From contig CAVOGR010000002.1 in the NCBI GenBank assembly GCA_963695555.1, forward strand, positions 64,001 to 128,000: a stretch of DNA of 64,000 bases. Direction: 5' to 3'. The notes under the pieces are model-generated. The model saw only the letters and a list, made by a program, of their open reading frames with translations. It did not search any database and was not told the origin of the DNA. The translations under genes were made by a program, and so were the position numbers. Shown here in pieces: positions 44,965 to 55,619 of this stretch; position 1 is the stretch's first letter, and the number at the start of each line of letters is the position of its first letter. This DNA comes from an uncultured Gemmatimonadales bacterium. GTDB lineage: Bacteria; Gemmatimonadota; Gemmatimonadetes; Gemmatimonadales; GWC2-71-9.

Positions 44965-45023
44965 GGCCAATCTTGACAATGTCAAGATTGGCCATATCTT
45001 CCTTATCTTGACGTCGTCAAGAT
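44965..45023. promoter_or_regulatory. Twin palindromic operators ATCTTGAC-N3-GTCAAGAT
   Basis: 29-bp palindrome at 44965-44993 and 19-bp palindrome at 45005-45023 in a divergent intergenic region. Confidence 0.8.
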
Positions 45024-45039
45024 TTTGGAGATCGAAGCC

Positions 45040-45873
45040 ATGCGCATTAGAGGGAAAACCGCCATCGTCACCGGGGCCTCCAGCGGGCTCGGCCGAGAGA
45101 CCGCCCTGCTCCTTGCGAAGTACGGGGCCTCGGTCGCTCTCGTGGCACGCCGCCAGGAACTGCTCGAAGAGGTGGCGAAGGAGGCTCGGGCATTAGTCGG
45201 CGGGGGCTCAGTACTCGCGATGCCGTCGGACGTTGGCGATCCCGCCCAGGTGTCGGCCAGCCTGGACCTCATCCGGGAGCGGCTGGGCGAGCCGGATATC
45301 CTGGTCAACGCCGCCGGCATCGGTATCTGGAAGAGGTTCGCCGAGGTAACCGACGCGGAGCACCGCGCGATGATGCGGGTCAACTACTGGGGCGCCTTTC
45401 ACTGGATCCGGCAGGTGTTGCCGGGTATGCGCGAGCGCCGCCGCGGGCGCATCGTGAATGTCTCTTCGGGCGCCGGCAAGATCGGGTTCGCGGTCACCAG
45501 CGGTTACAGCGCGTCCAAATTCGCGCTCACCGGCCTCTCGGAGGCATTGCATCGGGAATTGCTGGGCAGCGGTGTCGGCGTGTCCTGTATCCATCCCGGG
45601 AGCGTGCGCACCTCGTTCTGGAACGAAGCCAATATCCCTTCCAGTCAACTCCCGCCGCTCATCCGCTACGCGCCCAAGCTGTCGGCTAATGCCGTGGCAC
45701 GAAATGTCTGCTACTGCATCTGGCTCGGAATTCCAGTGCGAACCCTGCCGATCTTCGTCGGCCTGCTCACCCGCGCGAACGCCCTCTGGATTCGCCTGGG
45801 TGACCTGATGCTCTGGAAGTGGTTCGTTCCCGCCCTCGTTCTGGTAATCGTGCTGCGACTCCTGTTGCGTTGA
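45040..45873 (+). CDS. SDR family oxidoreductase
   Basis: TGASSGLG, LVNAAG, NVSS, YSASK. Confidence 0.9.
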   Translation: MRIRGKTAIVTGASSGLGRETALLLAKYGASVALVARRQELLEEVAKEARALVGGGSVLAMPSDVGDPAQVSASLDLIRERLGEPDILVNAAGIGIWKRFAEVTDAEHRAMMRVNYWGAFHWIRQVLPGMRERRRGRIVNVSSGAGKIGFAVTSGYSASKFALTGLSEALHRELLGSGVGVSCIHPGSVRTSFWNEANIPSSQLPPLIRYAPKLSANAVARNVCYCIWLGIPVRTLPIFVGLLTRANALWIRLGDLMLWKWFVPALVLVIVLRLLLR

Positions 45874-45901
45874 CGTCCGTCTAGAGAGAGACTCGGGCAT
45901 C

Positions 45902-46375
45902 ATGATGCAGTGGTACAACCTCCTTCACATCGTCGGTGTGATCCTGTTCTTCGCGGGGTTCGTCGGGGCGCTTCTGTCTCAACGATTCGCCGACCGCACT
46001 CAGGACCCCCGCATCGTGGCCCACACCTTCCGAGTCATGAACTTCAGCGATCGTTGGCTCACGCCAATCGCCATCATCCTGATTCTGCTCGGCGGATTCG
46101 GCGCCGCATCGAGGGCCGGCCTGCCGATTGTCCGGACAGGGTGGATCTTCTGGTCGCTGGTACTCTTCGGCATCTCGGGTGTGATCTTTGTGGCACGGGC
46201 ACTGCCACTGCAGCTGAGAATCGAGAACCTGGCGACGGGTGACCCTAACGAGTTCGATTGGGACGCCTACAGAAACCTGTCCCGCTCCTGGTCGAGGTGG
46301 GCCCACTTAGCCTTCGTGGCGGTCCTCGTTGCGTTGGTCATGATGGTGTTCAGGCCATATCTTCCCGTTCCCTGA
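45902..46375 (+). CDS. DUF2269-like membrane protein
   Basis: LLHIVG start; 4 TM segments; LVMMVFRP end. Confidence 0.75.
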   Translation: MMQWYNLLHIVGVILFFAGFVGALLSQRFADRTQDPRIVAHTFRVMNFSDRWLTPIAIILILLGGFGAASRAGLPIVRTGWIFWSLVLFGISGVIFVARALPLQLRIENLATGDPNEFDWDAYRNLSRSWSRWAHLAFVAVLVALVMMVFRPYLPVP

Positions 46376-46545
46376 CCCTCTGAGCCCAGCACCGGTCTCG
46401 CGCCGGCCAGCCCGCGAGCGTATGCTCCCTGGGGATTGCATCTCCGAGTAGCTTCAAGAATCGGAGGACGCGTCAGCCCGAGGAGATCCTGCAGCGGTTC
46501 ATCTCTGCCGGCGGCGCTGGCTGCTCCGGGAGGGCGCTGAGCGGC

Positions 46546-46595
46546 CTGGCTATTGGCTATTGGCTATTGGCTAGGCTTGGCTATTGGCTATTGGC
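46546..46595. repeat. Heptamer tandem repeat (TGGCTAT)n
   Basis: Directly visible. Confidence 0.88.
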
Positions 46596-46647
46596 CCGCG
46601 AAGGTAAAAGGCCGCTCTCCTTCCCCTTCCCCCTTCCCGCCTTCCCG

Positions 46648-46697
46648 CCTCACTCCTCACTCCTTACTCCTTACTCCTCACTCCTCACTCATTACTT
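46648..46697. repeat. Heptamer tandem repeat (CTCCTCA/CTCCTTA)n
   Basis: Directly visible. Confidence 0.88.
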
Positions 46698-46805
46698 CCC
46701 GCCTTCTTGACGCTCCGGATACTCGGGTGGAGTATTGGAATGCTCCGACCCTGTGTCATCAGAGTCAGAGCCGTGTCTGTTTGTCCCGAAGTCAGGAGGT
46801 GCTGT

Positions 46806-48359
<1,554 letters not shown>

Positions 48360-48362
48360 GCG

Positions 48363-48782
48363 ATGCCGCAGGCCGAGCCTTCAGTTCCAGGAAATGTGGC
48401 ACGCGTCGTCATCACCGATGCGGCAGAGGCCGTGTTGCGCCAGCTCGTGGCGCAACACGGCCCGCTCCTCTTTCATCAGTCGGGGGGCTGTTGCGACGGC
48501 AGCTCTCCGATGTGCTATCCCAGGGACGAGTTTCGCATTGGCCAGCGGGACGTGCTACTCGGCGACGTCGACGGCACACCGTTCTATATCGGCGCCGAGC
48601 AGTTCGAAGTCTGGCAACACACCCAGCTCGTGATCGACGTCGTGCCGGGCCGTGGTTCCGGCTTTTCGCTCGAGGCGCCCTTAGGTGTCCGGTTTCTCAC
48701 CCGTTCACGGGTGTTCGATCCGGACGAACAGGCCTGGCTCGACGGCTGTCCGCCCAGGCGAGGGCCGGACCCGGGCTCCTAG
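48363..48782 (+). CDS. DUF779 family protein
   Basis: FHQSGGCCDGSSPMCY, GRGSGFSLE; usual partner of AldB-type genes. Confidence 0.9.
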   Translation: MPQAEPSVPGNVARVVITDAAEAVLRQLVAQHGPLLFHQSGGCCDGSSPMCYPRDEFRIGQRDVLLGDVDGTPFYIGAEQFEVWQHTQLVIDVVPGRGSGFSLEAPLGVRFLTRSRVFDPDEQAWLDGCPPRRGPDPGS

Positions 48783-48795
48783 ACGCATACTGTCA

Positions 48796-48883
48796 GCTAT
48801 TGGATATTGGCTATTGGAGGGAGTAGGGAGTGGGGAGCAGGGAGTTGAAGCGCACTCCGCTATCCACTCCTTACTCCTTACTC
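48796..48883. repeat. Heptamer arrays in inverted arrangement between convergent genes
   Basis: (GCTATTG)3, then GGGAGTA-type units, then CTCCTTA-type units. Confidence 0.8.
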
Positions 48884-48913
48884 GGCTGGGGCGGCTCGGA
48901 AGGCCAGGGTAGT

Positions 48914-49771
48914 CTAGCGGGTGTGGAAATGCAGCGGGTCCCTGAGGTTCTGCAACTCCCGGTAGAAATAGAGGGGCGTTGGCCGCTTGCCCTTGAACCT
49001 GAGCTGCTTGAGGAACGCGATTTCTTCTTCGGTCGCCGTGCCGCTGAGGGTCGCATCCTGAAGGAATCTCCTGAACCCCAGCTCTTCGACGAGAAGCTGG
49101 TCGGCTTCCCGTTCCATGAACTCGAATCGCTTCACATGCCCAGAAAACACTCTGGGGTTCAAGACAATGTTTAGGGCAAACGTCGCGAGGTCGATGTCCC
49201 AGGATTCAATCAGCGGATCCAGAAACGAGACGCAGTGTTCCTGGGACAGAAGGAAGATGTCCGTATCGAGGAATTCGAGGACGATGACGCGCATCTCCTC
49301 AAAGCTTCGGCCGCCGAGTTCAGCCACCATGCGGAGCCAGTATTCATTCTCCAATTCCTTCGTGGCCTCTCCCTTGACCACGTCGAGCAGCGTCTGGGTG
49401 ACCAGCCGCTCGACGTCCCCGAAGGCCTCCTTCTCGAAGATCGCGCGGATCTGCCCTGCGCGCTTGGGAACGCATTTGCTCAGGATCAACCCGCGGACTT
49501 CCCGGAAGAGGGGGGCGGGTTCGTCTCCCAACTCCCGCTTCAATTCCTCCTTCCGCTGAGCGTCAGCGACTCTGGCCAGCTCCCCGGTCGGCAGTTTCAG
49601 GAACTGGTCCATTCTTGCGTAGATGTCCGTCCGGTTGGGCGCCGGGGGGGCCTTCTTCCGGGTCAGGAGTTGCGAGACATAGGACTCGGTGACGCGGGCC
49701 GCTTGGGCCAGTCCCTTTTGCCCCAATCCCAACTCCTCGAGCCGCTGCCGAATCGCGAGCGAGACGTCCAT
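48914..49771 (-). CDS. XRE-family HTH protein with a long C-terminal domain
   Basis: IRQRLEELGLGQKGLA..VTESYVSQL HTH; GAGGAG RBS. Confidence 0.82.
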   Translation of the reverse strand: MDVSLAIRQRLEELGLGQKGLAQAARVTESYVSQLLTRKKAPPAPNRTDIYARMDQFLKLPTGELARVADAQRKEELKRELGDEPAPLFREVRGLILSKCVPKRAGQIRAIFEKEAFGDVERLVTQTLLDVVKGEATKELENEYWLRMVAELGGRSFEEMRVIVLEFLDTDIFLLSQEHCVSFLDPLIESWDIDLATFALNIVLNPRVFSGHVKRFEFMEREADQLLVEELGFRRFLQDATLSGTATEEEIAFLKQLRFKGKRPTPLYFYRELQNLRDPLHFHTR

Positions 49772-49843
49772 GAACTCCTCCACGGTCGCACTTCGTCTGA
49801 TTTACCGTATTAGTTAAAGTTATAATACCATAATTACCATTAC

Positions 49844-49872
49844 TTGACAAGTTTAGTAAAGTAGACTATCTT
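49844..49872 (+). promoter_or_regulatory. Sigma70-type promoter
   Basis: TTGACA-N17-TATCTT in a very AT-rich divergent region. Confidence 0.7.
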
Positions 49873-49933
49873 CCAGTTCAGCAGCACACCGCTGATTCAG
49901 CGGTTCATGTAGGTCTCTAAAAGGGAGTTGTCT

Positions 49934-50248
49934 ATGTACGCACGTAATGTCACGCTGCATCTCAAGGCCAATACGGCTAGCGAGTTTACCCGGACTTTGG
50001 AGACGGACGTCCTCCCCGTACTCCGCAAGCAGAACGGTTTCAGGGACGAACTCTCGTTCGTCGCGTCGAACGGCAGCGACGCCGTGTCGATCAGTATGTG
50101 GGATCGCAAAGAGAGCGCGGACGCTTATAGCCGCGACACCTATCCGGCAGTGCTCAAGAGCTTGTCGAAGGTGATAGAGGGAACACCGAGGGTGGATACC
50201 TATGAGGTCTCCAACTCGACCTTCCACAAGATCGCCGCACGCGTCTAA
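49934..50248 (+). CDS. Small ABM/dimeric alpha-beta barrel-like protein
   Basis: GGGAG RBS; VLPVLRKQNGF..SISMWD..AY pattern. Confidence 0.72.
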   Translation: MYARNVTLHLKANTASEFTRTLETDVLPVLRKQNGFRDELSFVASNGSDAVSISMWDRKESADAYSRDTYPAVLKSLSKVIEGTPRVDTYEVSNSTFHKIAARV

Positions 50249-50343
50249 GGTCGGTCGGGCTCGATAAGAGCCAGCGGTAGGTTGCAGGGGAGGGGGGCGG
50301 TACGGTCCGCCCCTCATTCTTCTCGTATGGAAGGGGCGGGCCA

Positions 50344-50556
50344 ATGCGCTACACTCATTGCCACAAGTGCGGCGGGTTCATAAGCTACCGCAGGCAAATC
50401 TCCTATCGGTTGCCCTCCGCCACGACGCCCAGGGTGAGCCCCCACGGCGGCGTTTGTTCGTGTAGCGTATCGAAGTTGGATGGACCACCCCCCGGGTTCG
50501 CATCAGTGCCGGCCATGCCGAGTGCCCAGTATGCTCCCAGCTTAGAGCGTTCGTGA
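50344..50556 (+). CDS. Possible small Cys-containing protein
   Basis: CHKCG and CSC; fills the gap between neighbours; no family recognised. Confidence 0.35.
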   Translation: MRYTHCHKCGGFISYRRQISYRLPSATTPRVSPHGGVCSCSVSKLDGPPPGFASVPAMPSAQYAPSLERS

Positions 50557-50586
50557 TGATGGATGGGATTCGAGACGGAGGTCACC

Positions 50587-50937
50587 ATGGCTGAGCACAT
50601 CCCTCACCCACCAGAGGAACTACCGCCCGACACTCGGGGCTATCTCGCGCACCGCCTAGACGGCGCGCGTGACCTCTATCTCCTGGCGCTGGCACTAGGT
50701 GACCGTAACGACGGGGTCGCGCTTTTCGGGCGGATGATCCGCGAGGCCCGCATCCACTTCGCGGCGGTCATTGAGGAAGCACGAATCGCCGGACTCGACA
50801 CGAGTGCCATCGCCGCGATGCTCGGCAAGTTGAATATCGAGCTGGCCGACAGCATCCGACCCGATCTGTGGGCGCGCGTGGAGCAGCTCATAGCCGAGGT
50901 AGCCGGCAAACGAGGGAAGCGTCGAGACACGCGCTGA
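50587..50937 (+). CDS. Hypothetical helical protein
   Basis: GGAGG RBS before ATG 50587; plausible composition. Confidence 0.6.
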   Translation: MAEHIPHPPEELPPDTRGYLAHRLDGARDLYLLALALGDRNDGVALFGRMIREARIHFAAVIEEARIAGLDTSAIAAMLGKLNIELADSIRPDLWARVEQLIAEVAGKRGKRRDTR

Positions 50938-50988
50938 CGAAGCAAGCGACCCGCCGGTGCGATGAAGGGAAGTTCGGTACTCCCTCAA

Positions 50989-51094
50989 AGCCCAGGAGTG
51001 GGCAAACAGAAATGCCCGCTCAGCTGAACGAAGGTTTTGCGGGCTTGATCCGATGCGCCGTCCAGGCGCGAGGACCGAGCCCAGGAGGGGTAAC
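50989..51094 (+). repeat. Two inverted-orientation copies of the tRNA-Gln 3' end
   Basis: AGCCCAGGAGTGGGCAAA at 50989 and CGAGCCCAGGAGGGGTAAC at 51076, versus the tRNA 3' end CGAGCCCAGGAGGGGCAA(C) on the minus strand. Confidence 0.8.
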
Positions 51095-51096
51095 GA

Positions 51097-51124
51097 GAAA
51101 GCCCGCTCATATGAGCGGGCTTTC
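51097..51124. terminator. Perfect 28-bp palindrome downstream of tRNA-Gln
   Basis: GAAAGCCCGCTCAT-ATGAGCGGGCTTTC. Confidence 0.8.
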
Positions 51125-51126
51125 AG

Positions 51127-51199
51127 TTGCCCCTCCTGGGCTCGAACCAGGACTCTCCTGATCCAGAGTCAGGCGTGTTGCCAGTTACACCAAGGGGCA
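51127..51199 (-). tRNA. tRNA-Gln (CTG)
   Basis: Cloverleaf; anticodon arm CCTGA-CT-CTG-GA-TCAGG; GGTTCGA T-loop; CCA not encoded. Confidence 0.95.
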
Positions 51200-51274
51200 G
51201 TACAACCGATTCATTTCCTACCTCCCCACATGCCTACCACCCTACTCCCCGGTGGGGAGTGGAGGGAGGAGGAA

Positions 51275-51347
51275 TGGAGCTGAGGGGAATCGAACCCCTG
51301 ACCTCTGCAGTGCGATTGCAGCGCTCTCCCAACTGAGCTACAGCCCC
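51275..51347 (-). tRNA. tRNA-Ala (CGC)
   Basis: GGGGCTGTAGCTCAGTTGGGAGAGC; anticodon arm CTGCA-AT-CGC-AC-TGCAG; G3:U70 Ala determinant. Confidence 0.95.
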
Positions 51348-51362
51348 GTTTTCGGGACGGTA

Positions 51363-51391
51363 AAGCTAGTGATTCTGCGGGGTTGAGTCAA
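51363..51391 (-). promoter_or_regulatory. Sigma70 promoter for the tRNA pair
   Basis: TTGACT-N17-TAGCTT, 15 bp upstream of tRNA-Ala. Confidence 0.7.
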
Positions 51392-51532
51392 ACGGGGAGA
51401 GGGGGGTAGGAAGTAGTGAGTGGGGTGGTAGGAGCCTACCCTACAGCATGCCTTCCGTCTTCCCGCCTCTCCAGTAGCTTTCCGATCTCCAACACGACCT
51501 TTCTTTTCGGATATCGGCCCCAGGAGTCCCCC

Positions 51533-52429
51533 ATGTCTCTCTCGAAGCCCACGTTCATGCTCATCCCACTAGCCCTGGCGGCGGCTCAGCTCCAGGCGCA
51601 AGAACAGCCCCCGGTCACGGTGGTGCCGGTGGCGCCCGGCGTTTCCATGCTCATGGGCCCGGGCGGCAACATCGGGGTCTCGAGCGGGAAGGACGGCATC
51701 TTCCTGATCGATGACCAGGTTGCTCCGGTGACCGAGCAGATCCGCGCGGCGCTCCGGACCATCGGGGACGGCCCTGTCCGTTTCGTCCTCAACACCCATT
51801 GGCACCCCGACCACACCGGCGGTAACGAGAACTTGGGCTCGGCCGGTGCCCTCATCGTGGCACACGAGAACGTGCGGACCCGCCTGAGTGTCGACCAGTT
51901 CATCGAGGCCCTGAACATGTCCGCTCCCGCCTTGCCGGAGGGCGCGCTCCCCGTCGTCACCTTCACCGACGCGGTCACCTTCCACGTGAACGGCGGCGAG
52001 ATCCACGCGTTCCACGTTCCACCGGCCCACACCGACGGCGACGCGATCGTCCACTTCCGTACGGCCAACGTGATCCACGCGGGGGACACCTACTTCAACG
52101 GCCTCTATCCTCTAATCGACCTCTCGACCGGGGGCTCCGTCGACGGGACCATCGCGTCCGCGAATCGGATGCTCGCAATGGCCGACGACGACACCAGGAT
52201 CATCCCGGGACACGGGCCGCTGTCCAACAAACAGGAGTTGATGGCATACCGGGACATGCTGGTCACCGTCCGCGACCGGGTCCAACAGGCCGTCGCCCAA
52301 GGCAAGACGCTCGAAGAGACCGTGGCGGCCGGCGTATCGAAGGAATTCGACGAGCAGTGGGGCAAGGCGTTCATCCCGCCGGATCTGTTTGTGAAGGTGA
52401 TGTATGAGGGAGTAGTGGGTAGTAAGTAG
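51533..52429 (+). CDS. Secreted MBL-fold metallo-hydrolase (cyclase-like)
   Basis: Signal peptide; NTHWHPDHTGGN, AHTDGD, HAGD, IPGHG. Confidence 0.88.
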   Translation: MSLSKPTFMLIPLALAAAQLQAQEQPPVTVVPVAPGVSMLMGPGGNIGVSSGKDGIFLIDDQVAPVTEQIRAALRTIGDGPVRFVLNTHWHPDHTGGNENLGSAGALIVAHENVRTRLSVDQFIEALNMSAPALPEGALPVVTFTDAVTFHVNGGEIHAFHVPPAHTDGDAIVHFRTANVIHAGDTYFNGLYPLIDLSTGGSVDGTIASANRMLAMADDDTRIIPGHGPLSNKQELMAYRDMLVTVRDRVQQAVAQGKTLEETVAAGVSKEFDEQWGKAFIPPDLFVKVMYEGVVGSK

Positions 52430-52471
52430 TGGGTAGTAAGTAGTGGGTAGTAAGTAGTGAGTAGTAAGTAG
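52412..52471. repeat. 14-mer tandem repeat (GTAGTGGGTAGTAA)x4, a heptamer dimer, overlapping the stop codon
   Basis: Directly visible. Confidence 0.9.
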
Positions 52472-52571
52472 GGTGGTAGGAGGCAGGCGTGGCGCCTGCT
52501 TCCTACATCCTACCCGCCACTCCCCTCACGCGTTACTTTCCCGCCCTGCGAACCGACACAGGACCTCCAAC

Positions 52572-53426
52572 ATGCCGCTGTACCGACGTCAAAGCTCAAT
52601 GGGCACCGGCCGCCGCCCCATGGGCAAAGGCCGGCTCATGATCGCGCTGGTCATCGCCGCGATCGCTCTCTTCTCCTACTACGGCTCGCGCCAGGAGAAT
52701 CCGGTCACGGGCGAGGTGCAGTACGTGCAAATGAGCCCGGATCAGGAAATCGCCATGGGGCTCCAGGCCGCACCCCAGATGGCTGCCCAGCACGGCGGGC
52801 TCCACCCCGACGAACGGGCCCGTGCGCTGGTGGAGCAAGTCGGCCAGCGGCTGGTGTCCCAGACCGCGGCCAGCAAGTCGCCCTACCAGTTCCAGTTCCA
52901 CCTGCTCGCGGATCCCCAGACAGTAAACGCGTTCGCCCTTCCCGGTGGGCAGGTCTTTATCACCGCCGCCCTCTTGAGCCAACTCGAAACGGAAGGTCAG
53001 CTGGCCGGGGTGTTGGGCCACGAGATCGGCCACGTGATCGCCCGGCATAGTGCGGAACACCTGGCCAAGGCCACCCTCACCCAGGGACTCACCGGCGCCG
53101 CCGTCATCGCCACCTACGACCCGGAGAACCCGGCAAGCCGGCAGAGTGCCGCGGTCATCGCGGCCATCGGGCAGCTGGTCAACATGAAATTTGGCCGCGA
53201 CGACGAGCTGGAGTCGGACCGCCTGGGGGTGATCCTCACCACCGAATCGGGCTATGACCCGCGGGGCCTGATCGGCCTCATGGAAATTTTGGCACGGGCC
53301 GGCGGCGGCCAACGGCCGCCCGAGTTCTTCAGCACCCACCCCAACCCCGAGCGCCGGATCGAACGGATCGAACAAGCCATTCGCGACGCCTACCCCAACG
53401 GATTGCCCTCGGGGCTCGAGCCGTAA
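52572..53426 (+). CDS. M48 family metallopeptidase
   Basis: VNAFALPGG, HEIGH zinc motif, ELESD, FFSTHP. Confidence 0.9.
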   Translation: MPLYRRQSSMGTGRRPMGKGRLMIALVIAAIALFSYYGSRQENPVTGEVQYVQMSPDQEIAMGLQAAPQMAAQHGGLHPDERARALVEQVGQRLVSQTAASKSPYQFQFHLLADPQTVNAFALPGGQVFITAALLSQLETEGQLAGVLGHEIGHVIARHSAEHLAKATLTQGLTGAAVIATYDPENPASRQSAAVIAAIGQLVNMKFGRDDELESDRLGVILTTESGYDPRGLIGLMEILARAGGGQRPPEFFSTHPNPERRIERIEQAIRDAYPNGLPSGLEP

Positions 53427-53519
53427 CAGCGAGGCCCGGCGACGAGCCGGGCCCCGGAGCGCACAATACTCTAGAACAAGTAGCGAAGGACTAAGGGGTG
53501 TTAACTCACGCTGCCTAGT

Positions 53520-53552
53520 CCCTACTCCCTACTCCCTGCTCCTTACTCCTCA
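53520..53552. repeat. Heptamer tandem repeat (CCCTACT variants)
   Basis: Directly visible. Confidence 0.85.
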
Positions 53553-53563
53553 CCGCTGTTCGG

Positions 53564-54934
53564 TTACGGCCAGATCCCTCGCGCCGCCGTGACCCGGGCC
53601 ACCCGCTGGACCGCCAGGATGTAGGCCGCTGTTCTGAGATTTACCGGCTCGAGTTTAGCTCCGTCCCCCAGATTCCTCGTCTTCCGCTCGGCTCCGATTT
53701 GACCGAGGGACTCGTTGATCTTCCGCTGGGTCTCGATCACGGCGTCGGTGGCCGTGTTCATCTTCCGGCGCAGCTTGGTGTTCACCGTGTCCAGGTCCCA
53801 CTGCTCGTTTTCGATATTCTGCACCCACTCGAAGTAGCTGACGGTAACACCGCCGGCATTGGCCAGAATGTCGGGCAGGACTGGGATGCCGCGCTCCATA
53901 AAGATGCGGTCGGCGGCAGGGGTGGTCGGACCATTGGCCGCCTCGACCACCAGATGCGTGCTGACGTCGCCGGCATTGTCCGACCGAAGCTCGTTCTCGA
54001 GTGCAGCTGGGATCAGGATGTCACATGGCAGTGCCAGGAGTTCCTCGTTGTTCACAGTGCGGGTACCGGCCAGCCCAACCACGGAGCCGGTCTTCCGCTT
54101 GTGCTCCTTGGCGGCCTTGTAATCCAAGCCGGCTTCGCGGTAGATCCCACCCTTCGAGTCGCTGACCGCCACCACCTTGGCCCCCGCGTCGGTGAATTCC
54201 TGTGCCGCGATGGCACCGGCGTTGCCGAAGCCCTGGATCACGACGGTGGCGTCCTTCACGCTCTTCCGTCCCGGAACGACGCCCAGCTCCAGCGCCCGTT
54301 GGGTGCAGAACAACGCACCCCTCGCGGTGGCCTCATTTCGGCCACGCGACCCTCCGATGTCCAACGGCTTGCCGGTGACGACGGGAAGGTTGTTCTCTCC
54401 GGGATGCATCATTTGATACGTATCGTAGATCCACGCCATGGTCTCGGCGTTGGTGTTCACATCGGGCGCCGGGATATCGGTGTGGGGGCCGATGGTATCG
54501 CCCAGCTCCGCAATGAATCGCCGGGTGATCTTGCGCAGGTCGGACGTGGTGAGATTCTTGGGATTGCAAACCACACCGCCCTTGGCGCCGCCGAACGGCA
54601 CGTCGACCACCGCGCACTTCCAGGTCATCCACGACGCCAACGCGAGCACCTCGTCGGCCGTGACGCCGGGGTGATAGCGGATCCCACCCTTGCCCGGGCC
54701 GCGAACCCGATTGTGGATGGCCCGATAGCCCACGAAGTTGAGCACCTCACCGCTCTGGGTCTCGATCGGAAACTCCACCGCGATCAGGCGGTCGGGCCGC
54801 TTCAAGAATTCCACCATGCCGGCATCGAGCTCGGGGAGATAACGAACGGCCCCGTCGAACTGCGCCATGGCGATGTGAAAGGGATTGAGATCTTCCGCCT
54901 GCTCCGGCGGGGCTTCGAGAGTTTCAGGGGTCAT
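53564..54934 (-). CDS. gdhA: Glu/Leu/Phe/Val dehydrogenase (glutamate dehydrogenase type)
   Basis: GPGKGGIRY, MTWKCA, GGAKGG, DIPAPDVNT, VTGKP, QGFGNAG, EAANGP, SYFEWVQN; start could be 54946. Confidence 0.88.
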   Translation of the reverse strand: MTPETLEAPPEQAEDLNPFHIAMAQFDGAVRYLPELDAGMVEFLKRPDRLIAVEFPIETQSGEVLNFVGYRAIHNRVRGPGKGGIRYHPGVTADEVLALASWMTWKCAVVDVPFGGAKGGVVCNPKNLTTSDLRKITRRFIAELGDTIGPHTDIPAPDVNTNAETMAWIYDTYQMMHPGENNLPVVTGKPLDIGGSRGRNEATARGALFCTQRALELGVVPGRKSVKDATVVIQGFGNAGAIAAQEFTDAGAKVVAVSDSKGGIYREAGLDYKAAKEHKRKTGSVVGLAGTRTVNNEELLALPCDILIPAALENELRSDNAGDVSTHLVVEAANGPTTPAADRIFMERGIPVLPDILANAGGVTVSYFEWVQNIENEQWDLDTVNTKLRRKMNTATDAVIETQRKINESLGQIGAERKTRNLGDGAKLEPVNLRTAAYILAVQRVARVTAARGIWP

Positions 54935-55109
54935 CGGTACTCCCATGTCCAAGGGCGGCCTAGCTATTGAAGGCCAAGCCGACCGGTTTGTAGCGTTGTG
55001 TCTTCGGACTAGCGACTATACCGCCGAAAGGCGAAAGAAATTCTGAAGGCGACAGGAATTCTCCTAATTACTGGCGCCCCCCCCCGGGCCTCATCCGGCG
55101 ACCGCGCGC

Positions 55110-55619
55110 CTATCGATCCGGCGCAAATGCCAACGAGACGATCTTCCATTGGCCGTCCACCGCCAGGAGGGAGAACGCATCGGTTCCCTCCCACTCGACG
55201 ATATCCCCCGGATCGCCAAACCGGGCCCGGTACCGCACCCATGCCTGGGCCAGGCCCCCAGTCACACGGATGTCGGCACTCACCAGCTCCTCCGAGAAGA
55301 CCGCCCGGCTATCGGGTCCCTCGGGGGCTCGCTCGATGAACTCCGGAATGGTCTGCGCATCGACTCGCACAAAAGGCTCGCCCGGCGGCTGCCAGGCGGT
55401 CGTAATGGTGGCGCCAGGCCAGAAGTGGGACGCGAAGGCCGGCCAGTCACGGGCGCTCAGGTCGGCGTAGTAGCTGCGCAGCTCGGCCAGCACCGCGGCG
55501 CGGGCCTGCGAGCCGGCGGGTGGCGGCGGCACACGGCGCTCGAGGGTGCAGGCCGTGGCACCGAGCATTACGGCCACGAGCAGGCTTGGGGCAATGCGCC
55601 GGAGTCGGGGGTCAGTCAT
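55110..55619 (-). CDS. NTF2-like lipoprotein
   Basis: Lipobox ATAC; GTDAFSL..DGQWKIVSL. Confidence 0.72.
   Translation of the reverse strand: MTDPRLRRIAPSLLVAVMLGATACTLERRVPPPPAGSQARAAVLAELRSYYADLSARDWPAFASHFWPGATITTAWQPPGEPFVRVDAQTIPEFIERAPEGPDSRAVFSEELVSADIRVTGGLAQAWVRYRARFGDPGDIVEWEGTDAFSLLAVDGQWKIVSLAFAPDR

Noticed and set aside
48914..51100. Intact prophage or ICE at tRNA-Gln
   Set aside because: I found no integrase, no structural or conjugation genes, and no direct att repeat.
51533..52429. Metallo-beta-lactamase resistance gene
   Set aside because: The motifs fit the broad cyclase-like MBL-fold family, and there is no mobile context.
52412..52471. Repeat arrays as CRISPR or telomere-like repeats
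   Set aside because: The units are 7-14 bp in direct tandem with no unique spacers, and no cas genes are in the window.
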